Positions 18,618 to 30,041 of a stretch of 64,000 nucleotides of DNA are shown one piece after another. Below the pieces are notes generated by a model. The model was given only the letters and a program-made list of their open reading frames with translations, was not told the DNA's origin and searched no databases. The position numbers and the translations under genes are program-made. Origin of the DNA: Candidatus Marinacidobacterales bacterium (GTDB lineage: Bacteria > Acidobacteriota > Vicinamibacteria > Marinacidobacterales > DATDRI01); the NCBI GenBank assembly GCA_965219415.1, contig CBDCNP010000002.1, positions 4,864,001 to 4,928,000 on the forward strand, read 5' to 3'. Every line of letters begins with the position of its first letter. The stretch's first letter is position 1.

Positions 18618-20033
18618 CTAGCTGAAGTCCACCCCGAAGAACAGCACCGCGATGATGATCGCCGCCACGGCCAGCGGCGACACGAACTGAATGAAGAACC
18701 GCCACGCTCCATAGTTGAACCACCTGGGTTCTGAGCCATCCACGAGCTCCCGCTCGGTGTACTTGCGCGTCAGGAACCAGCCCGCCGCGATCGTGATCGC
18801 AAATCCCCCGGTCGGGAGCATCCAGTTCGACACGAAGTGGTCGACCATGCCGAACCAGCTCGCCTTGCCGCCGAAGAGCATCTGGCCGAGCGCGCCGCCG
18901 AGTTGGAGCTCGGTGATCGCGCCGACACCACCGAACGACAACGCGGCGAGGACCGTGAAGGCAAACACCGCACCACCACACAGCAGCGTCGCCGTGGCCC
19001 GCGGCATGTGGTGTTCGTCGATCACGTAGGCAGCGACCACTTCCAGTAGCGACATCGTCGAGGTGAGCGCCGCGAGGGCCACCAGCACGTAGAAGAGTGG
19101 CCCCAGGAATGCCCCGAACGGGACCTCGGTGAAGAACAGCTGCGGCAGCGAGATGAAGAGCATCCCCACAGTGCCCGTGCCGCTGACCTGCTCATCCATA
19201 CCCGGCACGCTGAAGATCACCGAGAACATGATCACCGTGGCCACGAGTGCGATCAGCGTATCGAGCACGACGATGATCGCCGAGGCTTTCACGATCGACT
19301 GATGCGTTGCGATGTACGAGCCGTACGTCACCATCGTGCCCATGCCGAGCGAGAGCGTGAAGAACGCGTGGCCGAGCGCCTCGAGGACGCTCCCCCCATC
19401 CAACTCGCCGAAGCGCGGCAGGAAGATGAAGCGGAGCGCCTCACCGGCCCCGGCCATCTCCAAGGCGGAGACGAGCAGCAAGACGAGGATCCCGAAGAGA
19501 ATCGGCAGAAAGACACGCGCGATGCGCTCGATGCCCTTTTGGACGCCGAAGTAGACGACCGAGACCGTGGCGATACTGAACCCGAGAGACAAGCCAAGCT
19601 GCAGGCCGCCATTGGCCGCCTGCGCACCGAACAGCTCGCCCATCGAGGCGCCCGCCGGGAATCCACCGACCGACCAGCCCGCGGACTTGGCGAAGTAGAA
19701 GAGCGACCAGCCCGCAATCACCGTGTAGTAGCTGAGCAGCAGAAAGCCGCAGAGCACGCCCCAGAGGCCAACGATGTCCCACGCCGGCCCGATGGCCTGC
19801 TTGAGCGCCCCGACCACGCTCTTCTGCGTCGCTCGCCCGATCAGCAGTTCGGCCATCATGATGGGCAGGCCCACGGCGGCGATGCACACGAGGTACACGA
19901 GGACGAAGGCCCCGCCGTTGTTCTCCCACGTGACGAACGGAAACTTCCACAGGTTGCCGAGGCCGATCGCGCTCCCGGTCGCGGCGAGAATTAAGCCGGT
20001 GTTCGAACTCCAATGGCCGCGCGGCTCTGACAT
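18618..20033 (-). CDS. Sodium-dependent transporter, NSS/SNF family (LeuT/MhsT-like)
   Basis: Signature GSAIGLGNLWKFPF..NGGAFVLVY; AFFTLSLGMG.MVTYGSY. Confidence 0.95.
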   Translation of the reverse strand: MSEPRGHWSSNTGLILAATGSAIGLGNLWKFPFVTWENNGGAFVLVYLVCIAAVGLPIMMAELLIGRATQKSVVGALKQAIGPAWDIVGLWGVLCGFLLLSYYTVIAGWSLFYFAKSAGWSVGGFPAGASMGELFGAQAANGGLQLGLSLGFSIATVSVVYFGVQKGIERIARVFLPILFGILVLLLVSALEMAGAGEALRFIFLPRFGELDGGSVLEALGHAFFTLSLGMGTMVTYGSYIATHQSIVKASAIIVVLDTLIALVATVIMFSVIFSVPGMDEQVSGTGTVGMLFISLPQLFFTEVPFGAFLGPLFYVLVALAALTSTMSLLEVVAAYVIDEHHMPRATATLLCGGAVFAFTVLAALSFGGVGAITELQLGGALGQMLFGGKASWFGMVDHFVSNWMLPTGGFAITIAAGWFLTRKYTERELVDGSEPRWFNYGAWRFFIQFVSPLAVAAIIIAVLFFGVDFS

Positions 20034-20336
20034 GTGTCGTTCTCCGATCGATGGCGTGGTCTACGGGAGGCGATGCGGCCCCAACAGATCCCGGCCCGTG
20101 AAGTCTCGCCCAGTAGACGTTACGTAAATACTCTAAAGGATTTCTGTCGGACCAGCGAGCGGCACGGCAGTATCGCGCGTCAGCACGCCACGGAAAGTCA
20201 TCCGACCGTGGCGGCCGCCACGCACCTGGGTACTGGGTGCTTCCGCCATCAAGTGATGGAATGGACTCCTCCACTGACATAGACGGCATCGATGTGCCAA
20301 AGTCAGTCGAATACGCATCGAAAAGGAGGAGTCCGA

Positions 20337-21368
20337 ATGAAAGATACGACAATCGCTGTGGATCTTGCAAAGAACGTCTTCGAGATTGCCATCTCGGGAG
20401 AAGCGGGGAAGGTGTCCAAGCAACTCCGTGTGAGTCGACCCAAATTGGTGTCGTTCTTTGCCAAACAGAGCGCTGCCACCGTGCTTCTCGAAGCCTGCGG
20501 CTCGGCTCACTTCTGGGCAAGGACGTTCCGAAGGTTGGGACACGACGTCGTCCTGCTCCCACCTCACCTCGTGAGGCCGTATCGACGCGGGAGCAAGAAC
20601 GACCGCGCCGACACGAAGGCGTTGCTCGAGGCCTACAGGAACGAGGAGCTTCTTCCCGTACCCATCAAGTCCGTGCACCAGCACACCCTCGCTGCGCTCC
20701 ATCGCCTGCGCTCAGGATGGCTCTCCACACGGACCGCACGCATCAATGCCGTACGCGGGCTCCTGCGCGAACTCGGATTCATCATCCCAAAGGGCGCTCA
20801 CTTCGTCGTGCCCGCCCTCTTCGAACTCGTCGAAGACGCTGATTCTGATTTGCCCGACGTGCTCCGTTCGCATCTCCGTGATGCCTGCTCCGAGATTCGA
20901 GAACTCAAGGACAAGTGCGCTAGCATCGAGCACGAGCTCAAGGCGCTCACCAAGCAGCTTCCTGAAGTCCAACGACTTCTCGCCATTCCCGGCATCGGAC
21001 TTCTGGCCGCGACCGCCATCGTGGGCTTCGTCGGCGATCTTCGCCGCTTCCCATCGGGGCGCCGCTTCTCGAGCTACCTCGGCCTAGTTCCCAAGGAAAA
21101 CTCCAGTGGCGACATTCGCCGCCTCGGACGCATCACCAAGCGTGGCGACTCCTACCTCCGTATGCTCCTCACCCAGGGCGGGCGCGCCGTGCTCCGCGCG
21201 GCGAACGTCAGCAAGAGCCCGCCCGACAAGCTCCGCGCCTGGGCTCGGAAGGTCCACCGCTCGCGGGGACACAACAAGGCCGTGATTGCTGTCGCCAACA
21301 AACTCGCCCGGATCGTCTGGGCCGTCTCCACCCGCGAGAGTGAATTCCAGTCGCCGGTGGCCGCTTAG
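20337..21368 (+). CDS. IS110/IS1111 DEDD recombinase
   Basis: RBS AGGAGG; IAVDLAKNVF, LEACG, KNDRAD (DEDD); PGIG; PKENSSG serine loop; GRITKRGD. Confidence 0.95.
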   Translation: MKDTTIAVDLAKNVFEIAISGEAGKVSKQLRVSRPKLVSFFAKQSAATVLLEACGSAHFWARTFRRLGHDVVLLPPHLVRPYRRGSKNDRADTKALLEAYRNEELLPVPIKSVHQHTLAALHRLRSGWLSTRTARINAVRGLLRELGFIIPKGAHFVVPALFELVEDADSDLPDVLRSHLRDACSEIRELKDKCASIEHELKALTKQLPEVQRLLAIPGIGLLAATAIVGFVGDLRRFPSGRRFSSYLGLVPKENSSGDIRRLGRITKRGDSYLRMLLTQGGRAVLRAANVSKSPPDKLRAWARKVHRSRGHNKAVIAVANKLARIVWAVSTRESEFQSPVAA

Positions 21369-21409
21369 ATTTAGAGGCTCCACTTTCGTGTTTTCCTTTT
21401 TCCCTTCCA

Positions 21410-21600
21410 AAAGAGGCTGCGACGATACCCATCCAACTGATGGCGTACCGGTCGGACCGGCGCGGGGTCAAGCCAATAGCAACACTGGCCCTAAGAGGTC
21501 GTTCAAAGTGATTGGCTCCTCGCGCGCGGATTTTCCATCATGGCCCGGAGCACCCAAGACGCTCCTCACTGAGGCCGAAGATACGTTTGCAGTCTGACCC
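21410..21600 (+). ncRNA. Predicted bridge/seek RNA of the IS1111 element (boundaries approximate)
   Basis: Target loop closed by GCCAAT/ATTGGC contains TAGCAACACT and AAGTG. Donor loop contains TTCCATCAT and AGATACG. All four match the target or the predicted circle junction. Confidence 0.8.
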
Positions 21601-21703
21601 ACTCGTCACGACGCGATGGATGCGCAGCTTCGATGGAAGATTTATTAAGAAAGGGGCGTGACTAGAAAGAAAGGGGCTTGACTAGAGGAGTCCAGATATG
21701 TTG

Positions 21704-22773
21704 CTACGCGGCTGCGGGCAGTGGTACAGGTGCGGAAGAGACCGGGTTGCGCGCCCTACTGAGCACGAAAACCTCGATCCGCGACCGCAAAGGAATCGTC
21801 GTCGCCAAGAAGATGTCTCGAAAGGTGAGCCGTCGCGTGGTCAGACCAGCCTGCATAGCCGGAGTTCGGATCTCACGTCCGAACTTCAGAGCTCCGTGCG
21901 GTCGGACGAAGTTGTAATAGCAACGGAGCAACTCTAGGTGCTCATCGAGCCTCTCCGTCGAGCGAGCGTGGGAAAGCGTTCGTCTCGAAAGGTATGCCGA
22001 GCTTTGCCGGATGGTCAGATTTAACCGCTCGATGAACGACGTGTTCAATGTCGAGGAGTCCTCGGAGTTATTGAGCGCGTCTTCGAATCGCCACGCGGCT
22101 CCGTGCAGCGCTCTGCGTTCGACCTTGATGATGCGACCGTTCCTGCGCGTCTTGAGGACCTGGCCGTAGAGACACGCTGGCCCGAAGAAGCGACGGATGA
22201 CCTTCTGGTAGAATTCGAATCCATCCGTGACGATCAAGGGAAGACGTCCGAAACTCATCCGTCTCGAAAGGTCGCGAAACAGAGCGTGAGTGTTCCGGTA
22301 GCTTCGCCTTCCCGTCACCGTCGATGGCCAGAGCCGAGACCAGACTTCGATTGTAACGAAGACCCAACTCGGTGTCTTCCTGTTGCCCGCGAACGTGCGA
22401 ATCTCGTCGGCTTGAAGCTCTTCGGCAGCGAAGCCAGCGATCCTTCTGTGATTGAATCGACGACACACTTGGGCTGCCTTCTCGAGCCAGCGGGCGACGG
22501 TGTTCCAGGCAATCCCTTTGATCCGGGAAATCGAGGAAATGCTGACACCCTCGACTCTGAGAGCGATGACCCCCCATCGAAAGTAGCTCTTCGATGTTGG
22601 AGACGGTAGTAGGGCGTGCCTTTCGTCGAGGAGAACGTCTTTCCGCACTCGCCGCACCGGTATCGACGGCGTTTCCCGGACCTGGTTCTGTAGAATCCGT
22701 GGCGAACGATGTTTCCGGAACTGACTTTGCGCCGCAACGGACATGCGAGATTGAGACATCTGCGATTCTTCAC
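21704..22773 (-). pseudogene. IS1-family transposase, frameshifted at ~22570 (C6 run versus 4 in the intact copy)
   Basis: Two overlapping ORFs together equal the 355-aa protein at 48467. Confidence 0.85.
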
Positions 22774-23178
22774 TTTGGCTCGGCCCTGAAGATGAAAGAA
22801 CTGTGTCTTCGGAATTCTGGTTCAAACTCTAGCACGCAGACCGGTTAGGGGCTGGCCGCCAACACTTAATTGCGGAAGCACCGTATTTGGATCGGGCGCA
22901 GGCCGACGATCGCTGGCACGTGATTCGCTAAAGCGCGGGGGATGAACTGGTGCAGATAAGCCGTAGCGTTGTCTGCATAGATCTACAATTCTCATTGGGC
23001 CAAAAAGTTGCGGGCTCAGATTGGCTCCTGTACATTTAGACTGAAAGTTCCGACCTGTGCCTGGAGCAATGTAGACGAGCAGGAGGATGGGAATGCGGCG
23101 AATTGCAGTGATCGGTGTGATGACTACGGCGGCGGCTGTCGTTTTGCCCTCGGCCTCACAGGCGTCAACTGGGAGGGG

Positions 23179-23678
23179 ATGATGGTGCAGAACTACGTTC
23201 GTCCCACCATCGCGCTACTGCTCGCTAGCATGGCCTGTTCCCATCTCTCGACGTCGTCGGTCCAACTGGAAGCGGAAAAGGCTGCGCTCAAGGAGGCTGC
23301 CGACACCTTTCATTCGGCAGCCGGGTCCATGGATGTGGACGGCTTGGTGTCTCACTACACGACCGATGTATTGTTACTGCCACCGGGTGCGAAAAGGATG
23401 CAGGGCGCGGAAGCAACCCGTGAATTCCTTTCCGGTTTCGCGGCTATTCCCGGAGCCAAGGCCCGGTTCGAAGACCCCCGGGTCGTTACAGTATCTAGGG
23501 GCGGAGACATCGCTATACGTTCGGAGACGCAGTCTTTTCGTTCGACGGCCCGGACGGAGAGACGGTAACTCAACACGTGAGGGAGCTACACCTCTGGGAG
23601 AAGCAAGAGGACGGCTCCTGGAAAATCATCGTCGATATGTGGAACTCGGGAACTTCCCCGCCAACCGATAGTGAATGA
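23179..23678 (+). pseudogene. SnoaL/DUF4440 (NTF2-like) secreted protein, frameshift near 23515
   Basis: DVDGLVSHYTTDVLLLPPG...VTVSRGGDIA, continuing in another frame as ...LWEKQEDGSWKIIVDMWNS. Confidence 0.75.
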
Positions 23679-23827
23679 ACCGCAGGTGATACGTGCATCC
23701 GATGATTTCGGTCAAATACAGTTCAAGTCCCTTGCCTGGAACCTTGCGCCTCGTGGTGTAGAGGTCATCTCGATCTAACTATTATCTGGAAACGTCCTGA
23801 TAAACTATTGACACGACCAAAACTAGT

Positions 23828-23993
23828 GGTGCTTCCGCCATTAAGTGTTGGTGAGATGATGCTAAGACGTTACGGTGCATTTAATTACAGCCAAAATAGC
23901 GCTCGTGACCTTCGCTGCGCATTAAATGGAGCGTAAACGCCTCTTTTGCAAAGGGATGTGTGCACATCACCAACAGTAAACAGCGCAAGCCCC
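23828..23993. mobile_element. 166-bp IS1-type MITE, copy 2
   Basis: Homologous to 13112-13277. Confidence 0.85.
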
Positions 23994-24372
23994 GATCAGA
24001 TGCCCTTCTGGCGCTTACAATTGTAAAGCCGAATGTAATGCTAGCGAGGGCCGCGCCGGTCAATCTTAAGGTGAGTGTAGTTGAGATTGGCCAATACATG
24101 GCTGAGCGCGCGGCCGTCGCTGCTACAGAGATACGCCTGGCCGCCCAGCCCAAGCTGAAGGATATCGGCTGAATCTTCGTTGACCGTTCCGTTCGACCCG
24201 ACGACGCCACGGGCGTCTTAGAAACGTGGAGAGGCTCGCCAGTGCCACGTCAGCTGGTCTCCGCGAATTTCGACAACGTCTCTAGGATTCGTTCTCGGGT
24301 GGGCGCAGGCCGACTGGCTGCGACCGCATCATCCCGACGCGGCGGCCAGTCTTGAACAAGAGGAGACATAGG

Positions 24373-25329
24373 ATGCGACTTTTTTCCATTCCTGTATGGG
24401 TCGCTGTGCTCGCCATGGGCTCGTGGGACGACCTCGCAGCGCCCCAGACATTGTGACGGGGCTTAGTGGTTGCCCCCGAATCTCGCTGCTCCCCGTACGA
24501 CGCAGACGACTATCGGTATCCGCAGTCCGTGGAGGACCGGATCGTCGCCGAGCTTGGCGGCGTCTATGGTCCCTATACGGGTCGCTGGTTCGCCAACAAA
24601 CGGGAGACAGACATTGAGCATATCGTCGCGCGCTCCGAGGCACACGACAGCGGGCTTTGTGCGGCGGATGAGGCGACCCGCCGACGCTTCGCAATGGACC
24701 TGCTGAATCTGACGCTGGCAAGTCCCGGCGTGAACCGGAACCAGAAGCGTGCTCGCGACGCCGCGGAGTGGTTACCTGACCAGAACCGGTGCTGGTTCGC
24801 GGACCGTAGCCTTGCGGTCCGCCGAAAGTACGGTCTGACGATAGACCAACGGGAGGCAGACGCCCTTGAGAGCGTGTTGTCTGGTTGCCAGTCGACCGAG
24901 CTGGTCGTGGTGGCCCGTGGTGCCTCACCGGCCGCTCAGGACATCACCCCGACGGCGGCCGATGCGCGTGAGACGCTTGTCGAGTGGGACGACAACGACG
25001 ATGGCCGTATCACGTGCGCCGAGGCCCGCGCGCATGGGATTGCCCCGGTGCGCCGCAACCATCCAGCCTACCCCTATATGCGCGATGGGGATGGAGATGG
25101 GATTGTCTGCGAGGCCGGTGGCAGTGAGACCAAGGGCGGCATTGCGCACCAAGAGCCAGCATCTGCGGCACGCAGCAGCAGGGCGCTCCGTCAATACGAC
25201 GAAAACGGCAACGGGCGTATCACGTGCGCCGAGGCCCGCGCGCATGGGATTGCCCCGGTGCGCCGCGGCCATCCCGCGTACCCCTACATGCGGGATGCCG
25301 ACGGGGACGGGGTGGTCTGCGAGCGATGA
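24373..25329 (+). CDS. Secreted HNH/DUF1524-type nuclease with two Excalibur-like calcium-binding repeats; in-frame TGA at 24454
   Basis: RBS GAGGAG plus a signal peptide from 24373; DIEHIVA..EAHDSG..NLTLA..NRNQK; two ITCAEARAHGIAPVRR.HPAYPYMRD.DGDG.VCE repeats. Confidence 0.75.
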
Positions 25330-25434
25330 ACGGTGCGGCCAAGGTCTGGATGCCTAACACCGTATCAAATCATCAATGATGAGGTATGAGAGAACATCAT
25401 TCGTACCGCTCCATCAAAATCACGCGAACCGCCA

Positions 25435-25599
25435 GGTGCTTCCGCCATTAAGTGTTGGTGAGATGACGCTAAGACTTTACGGTGCATTAAATTACAGCCA
25501 AAATAGCGCTCGCGACCTTCGCTGCGCGCTAAATAGAGCGTAAACGACTCTTTGCAACTGGATACGTACACATCACCAACACTTAATGGCGGAAGCACC
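25435..25599. mobile_element. 165-bp IS1-type MITE, copy 3, with perfect TIRs
   Basis: GGTGCTTCCGCCATTAAGTGTTGGTGA at both ends. Confidence 0.9.
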
Positions 25600-26816
25600 G
25601 TATGGAACGGAAGTGGCGAACCCAGAGCAATTGTTCCTTGAGCGTTTTGAAAAAACGTTCGATGCAGCCGTTGCCCCCGGGTTCACGGACGAAGGCGGGG
25701 CGAGGACTCGATCCCGAGGAACCGGATTTCGTTCTGAAAGTCATCGCTCATGAACTGCGATCCGTGATCGTGGCGAAGCTGGAGTCCTGTCGCGCCATGG
25801 GCGTGAAAGCCACCGAAGTGCTCGTTAACGCCTTGCCGGATCGGGTCCAGGGCCTCAAAACGAGTCGCCCGTTTGACCGCATGGATGCCGACACACTCCG
25901 CAGTGCAATGATCGACTGCGGCGAACACGGTGACCTGGCCCTCCTCGGTCGTCACGGTGGCTGTGGCGTCAATGCCCCACATCTGATTCGGGCGCTCGGT
26001 CACGATGGTTCCGGTATGCACCTTCTCGGCGACGGGCGCCGCTTGCCGCCGGGGCGCCAGCAGCTGCGCGTCCCGCATCAAGCGCAGGACCCGGGCCTTT
26101 GAGGTCCGGACACCCGCGATCCGGAGCCGGGCCCAGAATTTACGATGGCCTTCTCCGGTAAACGGCGAGGCCGCGATCTCCTGCCGGAGCCGTTCGGTCA
26201 GTTCCTTTGTCGCTGAACGCGGTCTTCGGTCTGCGCTTGCGTGCCTCGAGCGGATTGTGCCGCCGAGTCCGTTGCCAATAGTACGTCGACCGGGGCACGC
26301 CCCAGGCCCCCAAGACACGGGCCAGACCATACGGTGTTCCGGTGGAGGGCGACTTGGTCCGGCTCATCTGTTCGACCTCCATCGTAGAAAAGGGTTCTCA
26401 TCCTCCAGCTGCCGGATGCGTTCCTTCAACAGCTCGTTGTCCATCACCAGACCGGTCACTGCGGACTTCAGCGTCTTCTTCTCCTCGTCCGCCACCTCCC
26501 TCGTCCGGCTCTTCAGCCCGTCCTCGCCTCCTTGCAGAAACGCATCGCGCCAACTCGTCAGTGTCGCCGCCGTCACCGCGTACTTCCGGCTCGTCGCCTC
26601 CAGCTCGACGCCACGCATTAGCTCTAGCACCACCGTTACCTTCCGCCGGGCCGACCAACGGGCCTTCCCGCGTCGCGCTGAATCGGGGGCCGCTTCGGTC
26701 GCCCTACGGGCTCCCTGTGCCGCCCCCGATTCTGTATTTCTTCCTCTGGACATCGTGATCCTCCTGTTCGGTATTCTCTCAAATCACTGTCCAAAGAAAT
26801 CGTGGGGCGGGGGATC
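25600..26816 (-). mobile_element. Degraded IS3-family element (orfA 26364-26753; frameshifted orfB; 3' end truncated by the MITE)
   Basis: orfA RWSARRKVTVVLEL..LVMDNELLKE; orfB pieces PNQMWGID, LRHDHGSQF, NGCIERFFKTLKE. Confidence 0.8.
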
Positions 26817-26904
26817 GTCTGCATGGTGACGACCCGTCCACCTAAGACGATTGTAGAGCCTACGGCCCTTGGCACGGTCGCAAACACAGACTCTAAGCTG
26901 TTGA

Positions 26905-28162
26905 TGGACTTGACCCGCTTTCGTGGACACCTAATCCTTTGGGAGACAGGAGTCCACGATGTCAAAGCAGGGAAACAGATACGCGGCCGAGTTCCGGCGC
27001 CAAATGGTAGAGCTGGTGCGAGCTGGCCGCGGCTCCGAAGAGCTGGCGCGAGAGTTTGAGCCCTCGGGCCAGACGATCCGGAACTGGGTGAACCAGGCGG
27101 ATCTCGACGAGGGTCGCAGGCAGGACGGTCTGACGAGTGAGGAGCGTGCGGAGCTCCGCCGCCTGCGACGGGAGAACCGTTAACTACGGTTGGAGCGGGA
27201 GATCCTCTCAAAAGCCGCGGCCTGGTTCGCTCGGGAGACCGAGTCGGTACCACCGAAGCCTTCCGATTCGTGAGGGCGAACCAGGATTCACTACCGGTTG
27301 CCACGATGTGCCGACTGCTGGACGTCTCCGCCAGCGGCTACTATGCGTGGCTTGAGCGTGCCCCGTCGGCCCGCGCGGTGTCGGATGCGGAGTTGCTTGA
27401 GAAGATCCGGGCGATTCACACCGCGTCGCGGAGCACGTACGGCGCGCCGAGGATCCTCCACGAGCTACGAGAGACACACGAGCTCCACGTCTCACGCAAG
27501 CGTGTAGCGCGGCTAATGCGCGAGGCTGGCATTCAAGGTGTTCACCGGCGCAAGAGGGCGCACACTACGATTCGCTGTGACGACGCCCGTCCCGCCCCCG
27601 ATCTCGTCGACAGGAATTTCGAGGTGGACCGGCCCGACCGCCTGTGGGTCGCCGATATCACCTACGTGCCCACGTGGTCGGGCTTCTTGTTCCTCGCCGT
27701 CGTGCTGGACGCCTTCAGCCGACGCATCGTCGGATGGGCAATGGCTACCCACCTGCGGACGTCGCTCGTCTTGAGCGCCCTCGACATGGCGCTGTTCCAA
27801 CGCAAGCCCGGCGACGTCATCCATCACTCGGACCAGGGCACGCAGTACACGTCACTAGCGTTCGGCCAGCGATGCCGGGAGGCCGGGGTGCGACCGTCGA
27901 TGGGTTCAGTCGGGGACTGTTACGACAATGCGATGTGCGAGAGCTTCTTCGCGACGCTCGAGTGCGAGCTGATCGAGCGCCGGTCGTTTCGCTACCACGC
28001 TGAGGCGCGCATGGCGACCTTCGATTTCATCGAAGGCTGGTACAACCCGCGACGACGACACTCCGCCATCGACTATTGCTCGCCTATCCAATTCGAAAGG
28101 AGGTACTATCGCGACGCTTGATCCCTAACTCTTAACCTGTCCACGAAAGCGGGGTCACTTCA
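26905..28162 (+). mobile_element. IS3-family element, copy 1 (orfA 26959.. with nonsense TAA at 27181; orfB 27270-28121)
   Basis: TG..CA ends with IRs TGGACTTGACCCGCTTTCGTGGACA / TGAAGTGACCCCGCTTTCGTGGACA; WVADITY, HHSDQG, DNAMCESFFATLECE. Confidence 0.95.
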
Positions 28163-28731
28163 CTATTTCAAAAGGGCCGAGTTTTGGCACAGGACGGGGT
28201 CGGCAGCTGCCGTCGCGAGCTCCTTGAGCATGTCGTGGTTCTCGGCGCATGTCATCTCATCCGGCTCGTGCGAGCTTACATCAGCTACTATCACGAGGAC
28301 CGTTGCCACTTGGGGCTGAACAAGGACACACCGAGCTTGAGAGCGGTCACGCACCGACCGTCTCCTACGGCGAAAGTAGTCGCACTGCCGCGAGTCGGTG
28401 GATTGCACCACCGATACGAGTGGCGAGAGGCAGCCTGAGTCAGCTTGGTCGCTCGGCTGGTCGCCGAGAAGTTCGTCCTCAGCACCTTCCCTCGCGCGCT
28501 GACCACGCTCTCCAGCATGTGCTCGAGGGCAGTCCGGGCCTAGAGTCCAGTCCCGGACAAATAATGATGATGGACAGCATTATATACGGAAGTCACATCC
28601 CACCCACTACCGGAGGCGTCGTGTCCAAAAACACAAACGAACTCAAGTCCCTTGCGCCGCCTTGGCCCGGTCGCAAACACAGACACTAAGCTGCTGATTT
28701 ATGGTCTATTTCAAAAGGGCCGAGTTTTGGG
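28163..28731. mobile_element. A end (to 28196), element X 3' fragment (28197-28576) and the left part of a C+A MITE (from 28617)
   Basis: Matches to other copies in the window. Confidence 0.8.
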
Positions 28732-29989
28732 TGAAGTGACCCCGCTTTCGTGGACAGGTTAAGAGTTAGGGATCAAGCGTCGCGATAGTACCTCCTTTCG
28801 AATTGGATAGGCGAGCAATAGTCGATGGCGGAGTGTCGTCGTCGCGGGTTGTACCAGCCTTCGATGAAATCGAAGGTCGCCATGCGCGCCTCAGCGTGGT
28901 AGCGAAACGACCGGCGCTCGATCAGCTCGCACTCGAGCGTCGCGAAGAAGCTCTCGCACATCGCATTGTCGTAACAGTCCCCGACTGAACCCATCGACGG
29001 TCGCACCCCGGCCTCCCGGCATCGCTGGCCGAACGCTAGTGACGTGTACTGCGTGCCCTGGTCCGAGTGATGGATGACGTCGCCGGGCTTGCGTTGGAAC
29101 AGCGCCATGTCGAGGGCGCTCAAGACGAGCGACGTCCGCAGGTGGGTAGCCATTGCCCATCCGACGATGCGTCGGCTGAAGGCGTCCAGCACGACGGCGA
29201 GGAACAAGAAGCCCGACCACGTGGGCACGTAGGTGATATCGGCGACCCACAGGCGGTCGGGCCGGTCCACCTCGAAATTCCTGTCGACGAGATCGGGGGC
29301 GGGACGGGCGTCGTCACAGCGAATCGTAGTGTGCGCCCTCTTGCGCCGGTGAACACCTTGAATGCCAGCCTCGCGCATTAGCCGCGCTACACGCTTGCGT
29401 GAGACGTGGAGCTCGTGTGTCTCTCGTAGCTCGTGGAGAATCCTCGGCGCGCCGTACGTGCTCCGCGACGCGGTGTGAATCGCCCGGATCTTCTCAAGCA
29501 ACTCCGCATCCGACACCGCGCGGGCCGACGGGGCACGCTCAAGCCACGCATAGTAGCCGCTGGCGGAGACGTCCAGCAGTCGGCACATCGTGGCAACCGG
29601 TAGTGAATCCTGGTTCGCCCTCACGAATCGGAAGGCTTCGGTGGTACCGACTCGGTCTCCCGAGCGAACCAGGCCGCGGCTTTTGAGAGGATCTCCCGCT
29701 CCAACCGTAGTTGACGGTTCTCCCGTCGCAGGCGGCGGAGCTCCGCACGCTCCTCACTCGTCAGACCGTCCTGCCTGCGACCCTCGTCGAGATCCGCCTG
29801 GTTCACCCAGTTCCGGATCGTCTGGCCCGAGGGCTCAAACTCTCGCGCCAGCTCTTCGGAGCCGCGGCCAGCTCGCACCAGCTCTACCATTTGGCGCCGG
29901 AATTCGGCCGCGTATCTGTTTCCCTGCTTTGACATCGTGGACTCCTGTCTCCCAAAGGATTAGGTGTCCACGAAAGCGGGTCAAGTCCA
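28732..29989 (-). mobile_element. IS3-family element, copy 2 (orfA 29621-29935, orfB 28773-29624), apparently intact
   Basis: 1258 bp, near-identical inverted copy of 26905-28162; orfA stop overlaps the orfB GTG; TCAAAAG candidate -1 slip site. Confidence 0.95.
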
Positions 29990-30041
29990 TGGCACAGGAC
30001 GCGATCCAGCTGTGGGACCCACCCCGCGTTTACATGAAAGG

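Larger units (their letters stand above)
20256..21700 (+). mobile_element. IS110 family, IS1111-group element (complete)
   Basis: Sub-terminal IRs TGGACTCCTC (20262-20271) / GAGGAGTCCA (21685-21694); TG core at 20254-55 and 21699-700; long 3' non-coding region; TTGACT at 21678. Confidence 0.92.
20236..22882 (-). mobile_element. IS1-family element, copy 1, with IS1111 inserted in its right TIR
   Basis: TIRs start GGTGCTTCCGC; body near-identical to 48359-49557. Confidence 0.9.

Noticed and set aside
22894-24314. 14-bp direct repeat GGGCGCAGGCCGAC (22894 and 24301) as att sites
   Set aside because: Short and GC-rich, with no recombinase between or near the copies.
24454-24456. Selenocysteine or alternative-code TGA
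   Set aside because: The context suggests Trp rather than Cys, I recognised no SECIS, and TGA is used as a normal stop throughout the window.
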